Translations under genes and position numbers: made by a program
Shown: one piece after another, positions 31,441 to 43,933 of the stretch
Layout: every line of letters begins with the position of its first letter
How positions within the stretch are numbered: the first letter of the stretch is position 1
Notes under the pieces: generated by a model
The model's database searches: none
What the model saw: the letters and a program-made list of their open reading frames with translations, nothing else
Told to the model about the DNA's origin: nothing
NCBI GenBank assembly: GCA_963741205.1
Contig: CAVUHW010000010.1
Span: forward strand, 96,558-160,557
Source: Nitrospirota bacterium
GTDB lineage: Bacteria > Nitrospirota > UBA9217
Direction: 5' to 3'
DNA length: 64,000 bases

Positions 31441-32859
31441 ATGAGCCTCGTCGGCCCGGAGCCGGTCTCGACCAGCCCGCTGCGCCGCGTGGCGTACGAC
31501 ATCGCGACCGAGCGGCGGGCCGGCAGCCCGTACCCGCCGGGCGACGTCGGGCCGAGCCTGCGCCGCTCGCACCGCATGATCGCCGACGCGCTGGACCTGC
31601 TGCTCGAGGCCTACGAGCGCCACGGTCCGGTGTTCAGTCTGCGGCTGTTCCACGCGCGCCATGTGTTCATGCTCGGGCCTGAGGCCAACCACTTCGTCCT
31701 GGTTTCACACGCGGATCACTTCCGCTGGCGCGACGGGGCGTTCGGCGACCTGATCCCGCTGCTCGGCGACGGGATGCTCACGATCGACGGGGACTTCCAC
31801 CGCCGCTCGCGCCGGATCATGCTGCCGGCGTTCCACCGCGAGCGGATCGCCGCCGCGCATGGCGCGATCGCCGCGGAGGTCGACCGCGCGGTCGGGCGCT
31901 GGCAGGAGGGAGCGCGCCTGGACCTCTACCGCTGGTCACGCGAGCTGGCGCTGCGCGTCGCGCTGCGCGCGCTGTTCGGCTTCGACCCCGACAAGCGGCC
32001 GCCCGGCCTGGACCCGACCGCGGAGTTCGAGCGCGCGCTCAGCTTCTACGGGCGCGAGTACGTGCTTCAGATCCTGCGCGGCCCGCGCACGCCGTTCGCG
32101 GAGATGATGGCCGCCCGCCGGCGCCTCGACGAGCTGCTCTACGGGGAGATCGCGCGCCGCCGGCGCAGCGGCGAGCGCGGGGAGGACCTGCTGAGCCTGC
32201 TGCTGGACGCGCGCGACGAGGACGGCACGGCGCTCAGCGAGCGGCACGTCCGCGACCACCTGATGACGATGCTGTTCGCCGGCCACGACACGACGACGGC
32301 CACGGTCTCGTTCCTCTTCTACGAGCTCGCGCGCGCGCCGGAGCACGCCGCGCGGCTGGCCGCCGAGCGCGCTGCGCTTGTCCGCGAGCCGACGGCCGCC
32401 GATCTCGTCGCCGGCACCGAAGGGCCGCTGCCGCAGCTCGAGCAGGCGATCGAGGAGACGCTGCGTCTCTACCCGCCGGCCTGGATCGGGCCGCGCCGCG
32501 CCGCCCGCGCGTTCGAGTTCGGCGGCCACTCGATCCCCCGCGGCGCGCTCGTCAACTACTCCTCATGGGCCTCGCACCGCCTGCCGGACGTCTGGGAGGA
32601 CCCGCACGCCTTCCGCCCCGAGCGCTTCGGGCCCGAGGAGCGCAAGCAGATCCCGCGCGGCGCCTACGTGCCGTTCGGCGGCGGCTCGCGCATCTGCCTG
32701 GGCATGCGCTTCGGTCAGCTCGAGATCCGCACGATCGCCGCGCGCGTGCTGCGCGACTTCCGGCTCGAGCTCGCGCCCGGCTTCCGGCTGGCGATCCGCC
32801 AGACGCCGACCTTGGGGCCACGCGCCGGGTTGCCGATGGTCGTAACGCGACGGGAGTAG
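31441..32859 (+). CDS. Cytochrome P450
   Basis: AGHDTT I-helix, EETLR, PERF, FGGGSRICLG heme motif. Confidence 0.95.
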   Translation: MSLVGPEPVSTSPLRRVAYDIATERRAGSPYPPGDVGPSLRRSHRMIADALDLLLEAYERHGPVFSLRLFHARHVFMLGPEANHFVLVSHADHFRWRDGAFGDLIPLLGDGMLTIDGDFHRRSRRIMLPAFHRERIAAAHGAIAAEVDRAVGRWQEGARLDLYRWSRELALRVALRALFGFDPDKRPPGLDPTAEFERALSFYGREYVLQILRGPRTPFAEMMAARRRLDELLYGEIARRRRSGERGEDLLSLLLDARDEDGTALSERHVRDHLMTMLFAGHDTTTATVSFLFYELARAPEHAARLAAERAALVREPTAADLVAGTEGPLPQLEQAIEETLRLYPPAWIGPRRAARAFEFGGHSIPRGALVNYSSWASHRLPDVWEDPHAFRPERFGPEERKQIPRGAYVPFGGGSRICLGMRFGQLEIRTIAARVLRDFRLELAPGFRLAIRQTPTLGPRAGLPMVVTRRE

Positions 32860-32882
32860 TCTCAGTACGAGGCAATAGGGAA

Positions 32883-33362
32883 ATGACTCCCCTGATCGTC
32901 GCGCTGATCCTGACCGGCGCCGGGCTGCTGGTGGCAGAGGCGCACGTTGCCTCCTACGGCGCTCTCGGAGCCGCCGGAGTCCTCGCGCTGGTGCTGGCCG
33001 CCGTGCTGGCCGTCGGCGCAGCGGGCGGCGGCGCGGTCGCCGCGCTCGCGGTGGCGATCCCGGTCGCCGTCGTGATGGGCGGTCTGGTGTTGGTGGCCAC
33101 GCGCAAGGGGCTCGCGGTCCGCAAGCATAAGGTCCTCGGCGGAGCCGAGGGCCTGATCGGCCGCGTGGGCGTGGTGCGCCACGCGTGCGCGCCAGAGGGC
33201 GAGGTCTTCGTCTCCGGCGAGCTCTGGCACGCCCGGCGCTCGGTGCTGCACGACGACGACGAGGAGCCCGAGCTGCGCGAGGGCGAGCGCGTCGTGGTGG
33301 AGCGTGTGCAGGGCCTGACGCTCGGAGTCCGCCGCGCCGAGGAATGGGAGGTCGTGCCGTGA
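32883..33362 (+). CDS. Short NfeD-family protein
   Basis: TM region, [19 protein letters not shown] fold; overlaps the SPFH gene. Confidence 0.85.
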   Translation: MTPLIVALILTGAGLLVAEAHVASYGALGAAGVLALVLAAVLAVGAAGGGAVAALAVAIPVAVVMGGLVLVATRKGLAVRKHKVLGGAEGLIGRVGVVRHACAPEGEVFVSGELWHARRSVLHDDDEEPELREGERVVVERVQGLTLGVRRAEEWEVVP

Positions 33363-34253
33363 TCACCGCGATAGTCGTCCTGGTAGTGACTCTGGCGGTC
33401 ATCGCGGGCGCTGCTGGCCGCCGCGTCGATCCGCATCCTGCGCGAGTACGAGCGCGCCGTGGTGTTCCGGGTCGGCCGGCTGCTCGGCCAGAAGGGGCCG
33501 GGCCTGGTGATGCTGATCCCCGCGATCGACCGCATGGTCCGCGTGGACCTGCGCACGATCGTGCTCGACATCCCGCCGCAGGCCGTCATCACGCGCGACA
33601 ACGTGCCGGCCAAGGTCAACGCGGTCTGCTACTTCCGCGTGGTCGACGCGACGCGCTCGACGGTCGAGGTCGAGCGCTTCCTCAAGGCGACGTCGCAGAT
33701 CGCGCAGACGACGCTGCGCTCGGTGCTCGGCAAGGCCGAGCTCGACACGCTGCTGGCCGAGCGCGAGAAGCTCAACGAGGCGATCCAGCAGACCGTCGAC
33801 GAGCACACCGAGCCGTGGGGCATCAAGGTCACGGCGGTCGAGATCCGCGACGTCGAGATCCCGAGCGCGATGCAGCGGGCGATGGCGCTGCAGGCCGAGG
33901 CCGAGCGCGAGCGGCGCGCGAAGATCATCCACGCGCAGGGCGAGTTCGAGGCCTCCAAGCAGCTGCGCAACGCCGCCGACGTGATCAGCGGGAACCCCGC
34001 GGCGCTGCAGCTGCGCTACCTGCAGACGCTGACCGAGATCGGCGCCACGCAGAACTCGACGGTGGTGTTCCCGCTGCCGCTGGACATCATCAACGCGTTC
34101 ATGGAGACGACCGGCAAGACGCAGGCGTCGGAGAAGGACGCCGCCACGCCGGAGCTCGAGAACGGGGCGCGCGCCGAGCTGCCGGAGGGCACGAAGCTTT
34201 CGCAAGGTCCGCGGAAGCGGACCGCGGTTGGCTCGCCGCCCGCCACCCAATAG
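33359..34253 (+). CDS. SPFH/stomatin (slipin) protein; frameshift near 33410
   Basis: [48 protein letters not shown]. Confidence 0.93.
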
Positions 34254-34297
34254 GCTGCGCAGCAGGTCCCTACTGTCGAGGAGGAGGAGACAGCTAC

Positions 34298-34779
<482 letters not shown>

Positions 34780-34783
<4 letters not shown>

Positions 34784-37157
34784 GCGTCGCCGAGGAGTCC
34801 TCGACCGGCAACGGATACGTCGGTCAGGCGATCAGGCGCAAGGAGGACCCGCGCCTGATCACCGGGCGGGCGACCTACGTCGACGACATCACCCTCACCG
34901 GCCAGCTGTGGGCGGCGTGGGTGCGCTCGCCGGAGGCGCACGCGAAGATCATCTCGATCGACACGTCCGGCGCGAAGGCGCGCGACGGCGTCTGGGCCGT
35001 CTACACGGGCGAGGACCTCGACATGGAGGCCGGCCTGCCGATGGCGTGGGTGCCTCCGGGCGTCGAGGTCAACACCCCCGACCACTGGGTGCTCGCCAAG
35101 GGCGAGGTCAAGCACGTGGGCGACCCGGTCGCGATGGTCGTCGGCTCCAACCGCTACGCGGTGGTCGACGCGGCCGAGGAGGTCATCGTCGAGTACGACC
35201 CGCTGCCGGTCGTCACCGACCCCGAGGCGGCGCTCGAGGACGGCTCCCCGCTCGTGCACGAGCAGTTCGGCACCAACAAGGTCTGCGAGTGGTCACTGGG
35301 CGGCGGCGATCTGGAGGCCGGGTTCGCCGAGGCCGACGTGATCGTCGAGCGGCGCGTCGTCAACCACCGCATGGCCGGAGGGGCGATCGAGCCGCGCGGC
35401 GTGCTCGCCGAGTACCGCGGCGAGAGGCTGACGGTCTGGAGCTCGACCCAGGTCCCGCACTTCCTGCGGCTGTTCCTCTGCGCTCCAGCTCGGCATCAGC
35501 GAGGAGCGCGTGCGCGTGATCGCGCCGGAGGTCGGCGGCGGCTTCGGCTCCAAGCTGAAGATCTACGCCGAGGAGATCGGCTGCGCGTGGGCGTCGCGCA
35601 AGCTCGGGCGCCCGGTGAAGTGGATCGAGACGCGCTCCGAGGGCATGATGGTCACGCACCACGGGCGCGACCAGATCGACTACGTCAAGGTCGGCGCCAA
35701 GCGCGACGGCACGCTCACCGCCTGGCACACGAAGATCATCGCCGACCTCGGCGCGTACCAGATGCTGCTGACGCCGCTGATCCCGCCGCTGAGCGCGTTC
35801 GTCATGTGCGGCGTCTACAAGACGCCGGCCGTCCACACCGACGTCATCAGCGTGATGACGAACAAGTTCGCGACGGACGCGATCCGCGGGGCGGGGCGCC
35901 CGGAGGCGGCCCACCTGATCGAGGTCGTCATGGACCAGCTCGCCGACGAGCTGGGCATGGACCGGCTGGAGCTGCGGCGCAAGAACTTCATCCCGCCGTT
36001 CTTCGAGCCGCACGAGACCGCGATCGGCGTCGCCTATGACTCCGGCAACTACGCGGGTGCGCTCGACAAGCTGCTCGAGCACATCGACGAGGCCGAGGTC
36101 CGCCGCGAGGCCGAGCAGCTGCGCGAGCGCGGCATCTACCGCGGCATCGGCTTCTGCACCTACACCGAGATCTGCGGCAACGCGCCGTCGCGGGCCGTGG
36201 GCCCGAGCGGCTTCGGCCTGCAGGCCGGCGGCTGGGAGTCGGCCACGGTGCGCGTGCACGCCAGCGGCTCGGCGACGCTCTACACGGGCACGTCGCCGCA
36301 CGGCCAGGGGCACGAGACGGGGTTCGCCCAGATCGTGGCCGACCGGCTGGGCATCAGCCCGGCGCAGGTCGAGGTCATCCACGGCGACACGAACACCGGC
36401 CCGTGGGGGCTCGACACCTACGGGTCGCGCTCGCTCGCCGTCGGCGGCGAGGCCGCCGCGCGGGCCGCCCGGAAGGTCCAGGACAAGGCCCGGGCGATCG
36501 TCGCGCACCAGCTCGAGGCCGACCCGGCCGACATCGAGCTGCGCCGGCGACAAGTACATCGTCGCCGGCTCGCCGGACAAGGGCATGACGCTCGCCGAGG
36601 TGGCGGGCGCCGCCTACGTCCCCGAGAACCTGCCGGAGGGCATGGAGCCCGGGCTCGACGAGACGTCGTTCTACGACCCGGAGAACTTCGTGTTCCCGTT
36701 CGGCGCGCACGCGTGCGTGGTCGACGTCGACGCGGAGACCGGCAACGTGGACATCGTCCGCTACGTCGCGGTCGACGACTGCGGGCCCGCGATCAACCCG
36801 ATGCTGATCGACGGCCAGGTGCACGGCGGCGTGACCCACGCGATCGGCCAGGCGCTGTTCGAGCGCGTCCACTACGACGAGGACGGCCAGCTCGTCACCG
36901 GCACGTTCGTCGACTACGCGCTGCCGTCGGCCGCGGAGGTCCCGAGCTTCGAGACCGACCGCACGGAGACGCCCTCGCCGGTCAACAGCCTGCGCGTCAA
37001 GGGCGTCGGCGAGGCCGGCACGATCGCCGGCTCGGCGACGGTCACCAACGCGGTGATCGACGCGCTCAAGCCGCTCGGCGTCAACTTCATCAACATGCCG
37101 CTCAGCCCGATGCGGATCTGGGAGGCCATCCAGGAGGCGAAGGGAGGTCCGGCGTGA
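34780..37157 (+). CDS. Molybdenum hydroxylase large subunit (form II CoxL-like/XDH family); frameshifts near 35480 and 36545
   Basis: [46 protein letters not shown]. Confidence 0.92.
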
Positions 37158-37999
37158 TCCCGGCTGAGTTCGACTACGTCGCGCCCGAGTCGCTCGACGC
37201 GGTGCTCGCGGCGCTGCGCGAGGGCGGCGAGGACGCCAAGCTGCTGGCCGGCGGGCACTCGCTGCTGCCGCTGATGAAGCTGCGGCTGGCGGCCCCGACG
37301 CTGCTGGTGGACCTGCGCAAGGTCCCGGGCCTGTCCGGGATCCAGCACAACGGCGGCGACGACGATCGGCGCGATGACGCGCCACCACGACGTGGCGAGC
37401 GACCCGCGGCTCGGCGCTGGCCGCGCAGGCGGCGGCCACGATCGCCGACCAGCAGGTGCGCAACCGCGGCACGATCGGCGGCTCGCTCGCCCACGGCGAC
37501 CCGGCCTCCGACATGCCGGCGGTGCTGCTCGCCGCCGAGGGCGTCGGTGACCGTCCGGGGCGGGTCCGGCGAGCGCCAGATCGCCGCCGCGGACCTGTTC
37601 CAGGACTACCTCACGACGTCGATCGCCGACGACGAGGTGGTCACCGCGGTCCACCTGCCGGACATGACGCAGTTCGGCCACGGCTACGCGAAGTTCAACC
37701 GCCGCATCGAGGACTGGGCGATGGTCGCCGTCTGCGCGATGGTCAAGCGCGGCGCCGACGGCTCGTGCGAGGACGTGCGGATCGGGCTCACCAACATGGG
37801 CTCGACCGCGCTGCGCGCGAGCGCGGCCGAGGCGGCGCTGCGCGGGCAGCCGCTCGACGCGCAGCACATCGCCGCGGCGGCCGAGCAGGCCGCGGAGGGC
37901 ACCGAGCCGCCGGCCGACCTCAACGCGTCCTCGGAGTACAAGCGCCACCTGGCGCGGGTGCTCTGCCGGCGCGCGCTCGAGGAGGCCGTCGGCGCGTAG
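37154..37999 (+). CDS. coxM: Molybdenum hydroxylase FAD subunit; frameshifted
   Basis: [39 protein letters not shown]. Confidence 0.9.
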   Translation: MIPAEFDYVAPESLDAVLAALREGGEDAKLLAGGHSLLPLMKLRLAAPTLLVDLRKVPGLSGIQHNGGDDDRRDDAPPRRGERPAARRWPRRRRPRSPTSRCATAARSAARSPTATRPPTCRRCCSPPRASVTVRGGSGERQIAAADLFQDYLTTSIADDEVVTAVHLPDMTQFGHGYAKFNRRIEDWAMVAVCAMVKRGADGSCEDVRIGLTNMGSTALRASAAEAALRGQPLDAQHIAAAAEQAAEGTEPPADLNASSEYKRHLARVLCRRALEEAVGA

Positions 38000-38006
38000 C
38001 TTCCAG

Positions 38007-38034
38007 TGGGCCGGCCCGGGGGCGGGCCGGCCCG
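38007..38034. terminator. GC-rich hairpin between convergent genes
   Basis: GGGCCGGCCC-loop-GGGCCGGCCC. Confidence 0.55.
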
Positions 38035-39463
38035 CTACGTCTCCGCGAGCGCCGGGCGGCGCGGGCGCACGGCGGGGACGGCGAGCGCGGCCGTCAGCGC
38101 GCCCACGCCGGCGAACGCGGCGCCGAGGAGGAACGCGCGGTGAAAGCCGCTCGTCAATGCCGCCTCCATGGTGTGGTGGCCGGCGAGCGACGCGGCGCGC
38201 TGCGTGGCGACCGTCGCCAGGACCGCCAGCCCGAGCGAGCCGCCCACCTGCCGGGACGTGTTGACCAGGCCGGAGGCGACGCCCTGCTCGCCCGGCGTCA
38301 CGCCGGTCATCGCGGCGATCGTCACCGGCACGAACGCGCAGCCGATCCCCGCGGCCGCGACCAGCGACGGGCCGAGCACGTCGACGACATAGCTGCCGTC
38401 GACCGGCAGGCGGGCGAACAGCGCGAGCCCGGCGCAGACCAGGCCCATGCCCGTCGCCAGCACCGGGCCGGCGCCGACCCGGCCCGACCACGCGCCCCGA
38501 GAACGTCGAGCAGACCGCGATCACGGTCGCCATCGGCGCGAACGCCAGCCCGGTCTCGATCGGCGTGTAGCCGAGCACGTCCTGGAGGTACAGGGAGAGG
38601 AAGTACCACATGGCGAACGCGGAGCTGCCGAGCAGGAAGACGACCACGTTCGCGCTCGACCAGCCGGCGCGAGCGAAACAGCCGCAGCGGCAGCAGCGGC
38701 GCCGCCGCGATGCGCGCCTCGATCAGCAGCGAGCCGGCCAGGAGCGCGATCGCCACGGCGAACGTGGCGAGCGTGCGCGCCGAGCCCCAGCCGTGGCTGT
38801 CGGTCTCCACGATGCCGTAGGTCAGCAGCACGAGCCCGGCGGTCACGGTCAGCGCTCCCGCGAGATCGAGGTTGCGCCGCCACGACGGCACCGGCCGCCC
38901 GGCGCCGACGACGCTGCAGCGTCAGCACGGCGGCGATCACGCCGATCGGCACGTTGATGAAGAGGATCCAGCGCCAGCTCAGCGCTTCGGTGAGCAGGCC
39001 GCCCAGCAGCGAGCCCGACGCGCCGCCCACGGCCCCCATGGCGCCCCAGGCGGCGAGCGCGCGGTTGCGCTCGGCCCCCTCGGTGAACGTGCTGGTCAGG
39101 ATCGAGAGCGAGGCGGGGGCGACGATGGCGCCGCCGATCCCCTGCAGCGCGCGGGCGCCGACGAGCACGCCGGTCGCTCAGGGCCAGGCCGCCGGCGAGC
39201 GACGCCGCCGCGAACAGCCCGAGCCCGGCGGCGAACACGCGGCCGCGGCCGAGCAGGTCGGCGGCGCGGCCGCCGAGCAGCAGGAAGCCGCCGAACGTCA
39301 GCGTGTACGCGTTGACCACCCATTGGAGGTCGGCGCCGGTGAAGCCGAGGTCCGCCTTGATCGACGGCAGCGCGACGTTCACGACCGAGACGTCGAGGAT
39401 GACCATGAACTGCCCCACGCAGCAGAGCATCAGGGTCAGGAGCCTCCGGCGGCGTTCTTGCAC
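38035..39463 (-). CDS. DHA2-family MFS transporter; frameshifted
   Basis: [46 protein letters not shown]. Confidence 0.9.
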
Positions 39464-39481
39464 CCTGTCATTCTTACCGGC

Positions 39482-40325
39482 GTGAACTTCGGGTCCACCG
39501 ACGACGTCGTCGCGGCGCTGTCGGGCCAGGGCTACCTGGCCGACCGCGCGCTGAGCACCGCCGTGTTCCTCGCCGCCCAGCTCGAGCAGCCGCTGCTGCT
39601 CGAGGGCGAGGCCGGCGTGGGCAAGACCGAGGTGGCGCGCGCGCTGGCCGCGCGCCGGCGGCGCGCGCCTGATCCGCCTGCAGTGCCACGAGGGCATCGA
39701 CCTGCACCACGCCGTCTACGACTGGGACTACCAGCGCCAGCTGCTGGCGATCCGGGCCGCCGAGGCCGGCGCCCCGGCGCGCGAGCTGTTCGGGCGCGAG
39801 TTCCTGCTGCGCCGCCCGCTGCTCGAGGCGCTCGAGCACGAGGGCCAGGCGGTGCTGCTGATCGACGAGGTCGACCGCGCCGACGACGAGTTCGAGGCGT
39901 TCCTGCTCGAGTTCCTGTCGGACTTCGCGATCACGATCCCCGAGCTGGGGACGGTCGAGCGCGTCGCACCGGCCGCTGGTCGTGCTCACCTCCAACCGCA
40001 CGCGCGAGCTGCACGACGCGCTCAAGCGCCGCTGCCTCTACCACTGGATCGACTACCCCGACCTCGAGCGCGAGGCCGAGATCGTGCGCGCGCGGCTGCC
40101 CGGCGTGCCGGACGCGATCGCCGAGCGCGTGTGCCGCGCGGTCGCCGAGCTGCGCCGAGCAGGAGCTCTACAAGCTGCCCGGGCGTGGGGGAGACGATCA
40201 CCTGGGCGCGGGCGCTGCTCGCGCTCGACGGCGACCCGGACCTCGAGGGCACGCTCGGCGTCGCGCTGAAGGTGCGCGAGGACATCGATCGCGTCCGCGA
40301 GCTGGGAGTGCTGCGTGGCGCGTGA
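39482..40325 (+). CDS. coxD: MoxR-family AAA+ ATPase; frameshifted
   Basis: LEGEAGVGKT, LLIDEVDRAD.EFE, TSNRTRELHDALKRRCLY. Confidence 0.88.
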
Positions 40326-41444
40326 GGCCGTCACCGGCCCGCTGAGCGAGCTCGCGGCCGCGCATGCGCGCCGGGGGCGCGCGCGTCGGGCTCGGGCGAG
40401 CTGCTGGGCGCGCACCGCGCGCTCGGCGGCCGTGGACGCCGCGTCGCGCGTCGAGTCCTTCTTCGCGCTGCGCGCCGCGCTGTGCTCCTCGCGCGCCGAC
40501 CAGGCCGTGTTCGCGCGGCGTTCGCCGACACGTTCGCGGGCGAGCCGATGCCGCCGGAGCTCGACCAGCTGATGGACATCGGCGTGATCCAGAAGCCGTC
40601 GCCGCCGCGCGTCGGCGTCCCGTCGCCCGGCGAGGAGGCGCTTCAGGAGGGCTTCGAGCCCGTGCCCGCCGCGTGGAGCGAGGCCGAGCTGCTGCGCGAG
40701 AAGGACTTCGCGTCCTACACCGACGCCGAGCGCGCGCTGGCCCGCCGGCTGCTCGCGCAGATCGCCCGCCGCGGGCCGACGCGCACCAGCCGGCGCACGA
40801 AGCCCGACGCGCCGGCGCCGCGAGGTGCACGACCTGCGCGCCACCGTCCGCGCGTCGCTGCGCCACGGCGGCGAGCTGATGGAGCGCCGCTGGCGCGAGC
40901 AGACCGCAGCGCCCGCGCCGCCTCGTGCTGGTCTGCGACGTCTCGGGCTCGATGTCGCCGTACGCGCGCATGCTGCTCCAGTACGTGCAGGCCTGCGTCG
41001 CCGGCCGCGCGCGCGTGGAGGCGTTCGTGTTCGGCACGCGGCTGACGCGCATCACGCGCGAGCTCGAGGGCCGCGATCCCGACCGCGCGCTGGCGCGCGC
41101 CGGCCATCACGTCGCCGACTGGTCGGGCGGCACGCGCATCGGCGCCGCGATCGCCCAGCTCAACCGCGAGCACGGGCGCCGCATCGGCCGCGGCGCGATC
41201 GTCGTGGTCCTCTCCGACGGCTGGGACCGCGGCGACCCCGAGCAGCTCGCCGAGGAGATGTCGCGCCTGCAGCCGCTGCGCGCATCGGGTCGTGTGGCTG
41301 AACCCGCTCGCCGCCGACCCGCGCTACGAGCCGTTGACGCGCGGGATGCGCGCGGCGCTGCCGCACGTCGACCACCTGCTGCCGGGAAACTCGATCGCCT
41401 CGCTGGAAGCGCTGGCCGAACTGATGGAGGAGGGCATCACATGA
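40315..41444 (+). CDS. coxE: vWA-domain CoxE-like protein; frameshifted
   Basis: DVSGSM, F.FGTRLT, WSGGTRIG, SDGWD, WLNP. Confidence 0.85.
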
Positions 41445-41756
41445 AGGACGTGCTCGAGGAAGTCGACGCCTGGGTCGCGAACGGCGAGCAAGGTCGCGCT
41501 GGCGACCGTCATCGACGTCAAGCGCTCCGCGCCGCGCCCGCCGGGGGCCAAGATGGCGATCTCCGAGCACGGCGAGATCGCCGGCGCCGTGTCCGGCGGC
41601 TGCGTCGAGGGCGCGGTCGTCGAGGTCGCCGAGGAGATCCTGAGCGGCGGCGCGCCGCGCCTGCTGCACTTCGGCATCGCCGACGAGGAGGCGTGGGACG
41701 TCGGCCTGCCGTGCGGCGGCGAGATCTCCGTCTGGGTGGAGCGGTACGAGCCGTGA
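41441..41756 (+). CDS. XdhC/CoxI-family N-terminal protein
   Basis: SAPRPPGA.M, GAVSGGCVEG, GLPCGG. Confidence 0.85.
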
Positions 41757-42516
41757 GCGCGGTCGGCCGGTTCAGCGAGCTGGCCCGCACGGGCGGTCGC
41801 GGCGCGATCGTGACCGTGCTCGCCGGGGACAACCCGGGCGCGAAGATGCTCGTGCTCACCGACGGCTCGACCGACGGGACGCTCGGCGATCCTGTGCTCG
41901 ACGAGGCGGCGGTCGAGCACGCCGACGAGCTGATGTGGATCGAGCGCTCCGAGTCGCGCGAGGTCGGACGACACGACGCTGTTCGTCGACGTCACGTTCC
42001 CGCCGCCGCGGCTGATCGTCTTCGGCGCCGTCGACTTCGCCGCCGCGCTGTGCCGGCTGGCGCGCGCCGCCGGCTGGCGGCCGTACGTCGTCGATCCGCG
42101 CACGCGCTTCGCGCAGCCCTCGCGCTTCCCGGACGCCGTCGAGGTGGTCGCCGCGTGGCCGGAGGAGGCCTTCCAGCGCATCGGCGGCATCGACCGCGCG
42201 ACCGCGATCGCGGTGCTGACGCACGACCCGAAGCTCGACGACCCGGCGCTCGTGCTCGCGCTGCGCTCGGACGCCGGCTACATCGGCGCGATGGGCTCGC
42301 GCCGCGCGCAGGCCAAGCGCCGCGACCGGCTCGTGGCCAAGGGCATCGACGAGGCCGATCTCGACCCGCATCTCGGCGCCGATCGGGCTCGACCTCGGCG
42401 CGCTGACCGCCGAGGAGACCGCGCTGTCGATCATGGCCGAGATCGTCGCCATGCGCCACGGGCGCGACGGCGGCCGGCTGGCGCATTCCAGCGGGCGCAT
42501 CCACGAAGTCGTGTGA
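41753..42516 (+). CDS. XdhC/CoxF-family protein; frameshifted
   Basis: LIVFGA, LTHDPKLD, YIGAMGS, PIGLDLG...EETALSI.AEI. Confidence 0.85.
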
Positions 42517-43082
42517 GGGTCGGCGGGCTGATCCTCGCCGCCGGCGAGGGGCGCCGCTTCGGCGGCGCCAAGCAGCTCGCCGAGGTGCGCGGGCGCCCGC
42601 TGCTCGCGCACGCCGTGGACGCCGTGCGCGGCGTGGCGGCGCTGCAGCCGGTCGTGGTCGTGCTCGGCGCGCGGGCGGACGAGGTGCGCGCCGGCGTGGA
42701 CCTCTCGGGCGTGGACGTGGTCGTCAACGAGGAATGGGCCGAGGGGCAGTCCGCGTCGCTGCGGGCCGGCGTGCGCGCGCTCGGCGACGTCGACGCGGCG
42801 GTGGTGACGCTCGGCGACATGCCGTTCGTGACCTCGACGGTGATCGCGGGCGTGCTGCGGTTCGATCCGGGCCGGTTCGACGCCGTGCGCGCGACCTACC
42901 ACGGGCGCCCCGGGCATCCCGTGCTGCTGGCGCGGCCGCTGCTCGGGCGCGTGGACGAGCTGCGCGGCGACGTCGGCTTCCGCGACCTGCTCGCCGGCGC
43001 TCGCGTGCGCGAGTTCGAGTGCGGCGACCTCTGCGATCCGGTCGACGTCGACACGCTCGATCAGCTGAACGCGCTTCAGTAG
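42513..43082 (+). CDS. mocA: Molybdenum cofactor cytidylyltransferase (MocA-like)
   Basis: LAAGEGRRFG, GQSASL, LGDMP, GHPV, DVDT; cox context. Confidence 0.8.
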   Translation: MRVGGLILAAGEGRRFGGAKQLAEVRGRPLLAHAVDAVRGVAALQPVVVVLGARADEVRAGVDLSGVDVVVNEEWAEGQSASLRAGVRALGDVDAAVVTLGDMPFVTSTVIAGVLRFDPGRFDAVRATYHGRPGHPVLLARPLLGRVDELRGDVGFRDLLAGARVREFECGDLCDPVDVDTLDQLNALQ

Positions 43083-43141
43083 CGGGGGGCCGGGAGGGGA
43101 TATCCCCTCGATCCCGGGGCGGCGCTCGCCGTCCTCCGGAC

Positions 43142-43933
43142 ATGACCGACCAGATGAGTGTGAGCGCCCGCCATTGGGGCGCGCTGTGGAGCGGCCGGCC
43201 GCGGGCCTGGGCGCTCAACGAGCAACGGCAGGGCCCGGTGTACGAGCAGACGCTCGGCCGCGTGGGACTCGAGCGCGGCGAGCGCGTGCTCGACCTCGGC
43301 TGCGGCGCCGGCGTCTTCCTGCGCCTGTGCGCCGACCGCGGCGCTCGGGTCGCCGGCATCGACGCCAGCGAGGGCCTTCTGGGACTCGCCCGCGGGCGAG
43401 TGCCGGAGGCCGACCTGCGCCTCGGGGACCTGCAGAGGCTGCCCTTCGGCGACGACGCCTTCGACCTCGTGACCGGCTTTCGCTCGTTCTTCTTCGCCGA
43501 CGACGTCGTCGCCGCGCTGCGCGAGGCCGCGCGCGTCGCGCGGCCGGGGGCGCGGGTGGTGATCCAGGTCTTCGGGCGCCCGGAGGACTGCGACCTCGAG
43601 GCCGTGAAGGACGCCGTGGCGGCGATCGGCGCCGCGCCGCTCCAGGGGGCGGCCGAGCGAGCGCAGTGGCGGCCGGTGGTCGAGGAGCTCGCGGCGCAGG
43701 CCGGACTGGCCGTCGAGGACTCGTTCGAGATCGCCTCGGCGCACGGCTACGCCGGCGAGGCGCCGCTCGTGGAGGCCATGCTGGCCTCCGTGCCCGGCGC
43801 GGCCGCGATCGCCGGGCCCGAGCACGAGCCGCAGCTGCGCGGCGCGATCCTGCGCGCGCTCGCGCATCGCCGGCGGCCGGACGGCAGCTACGGCGTGTTC
43901 AACCGATGGCGGACGGTGATCGCGCGCGCCTGA
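43142..43933 (+). CDS. Class I SAM-dependent methyltransferase
   Basis: VLDLGCGAG, LPFGDDAFD, RPG. Confidence 0.88.
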   Translation: MTDQMSVSARHWGALWSGRPRAWALNEQRQGPVYEQTLGRVGLERGERVLDLGCGAGVFLRLCADRGARVAGIDASEGLLGLARGRVPEADLRLGDLQRLPFGDDAFDLVTGFRSFFFADDVVAALREAARVARPGARVVIQVFGRPEDCDLEAVKDAVAAIGAAPLQGAAERAQWRPVVEELAAQAGLAVEDSFEIASAHGYAGEAPLVEAMLASVPGAAAIAGPEHEPQLRGAILRALAHRRRPDGSYGVFNRWRTVIARA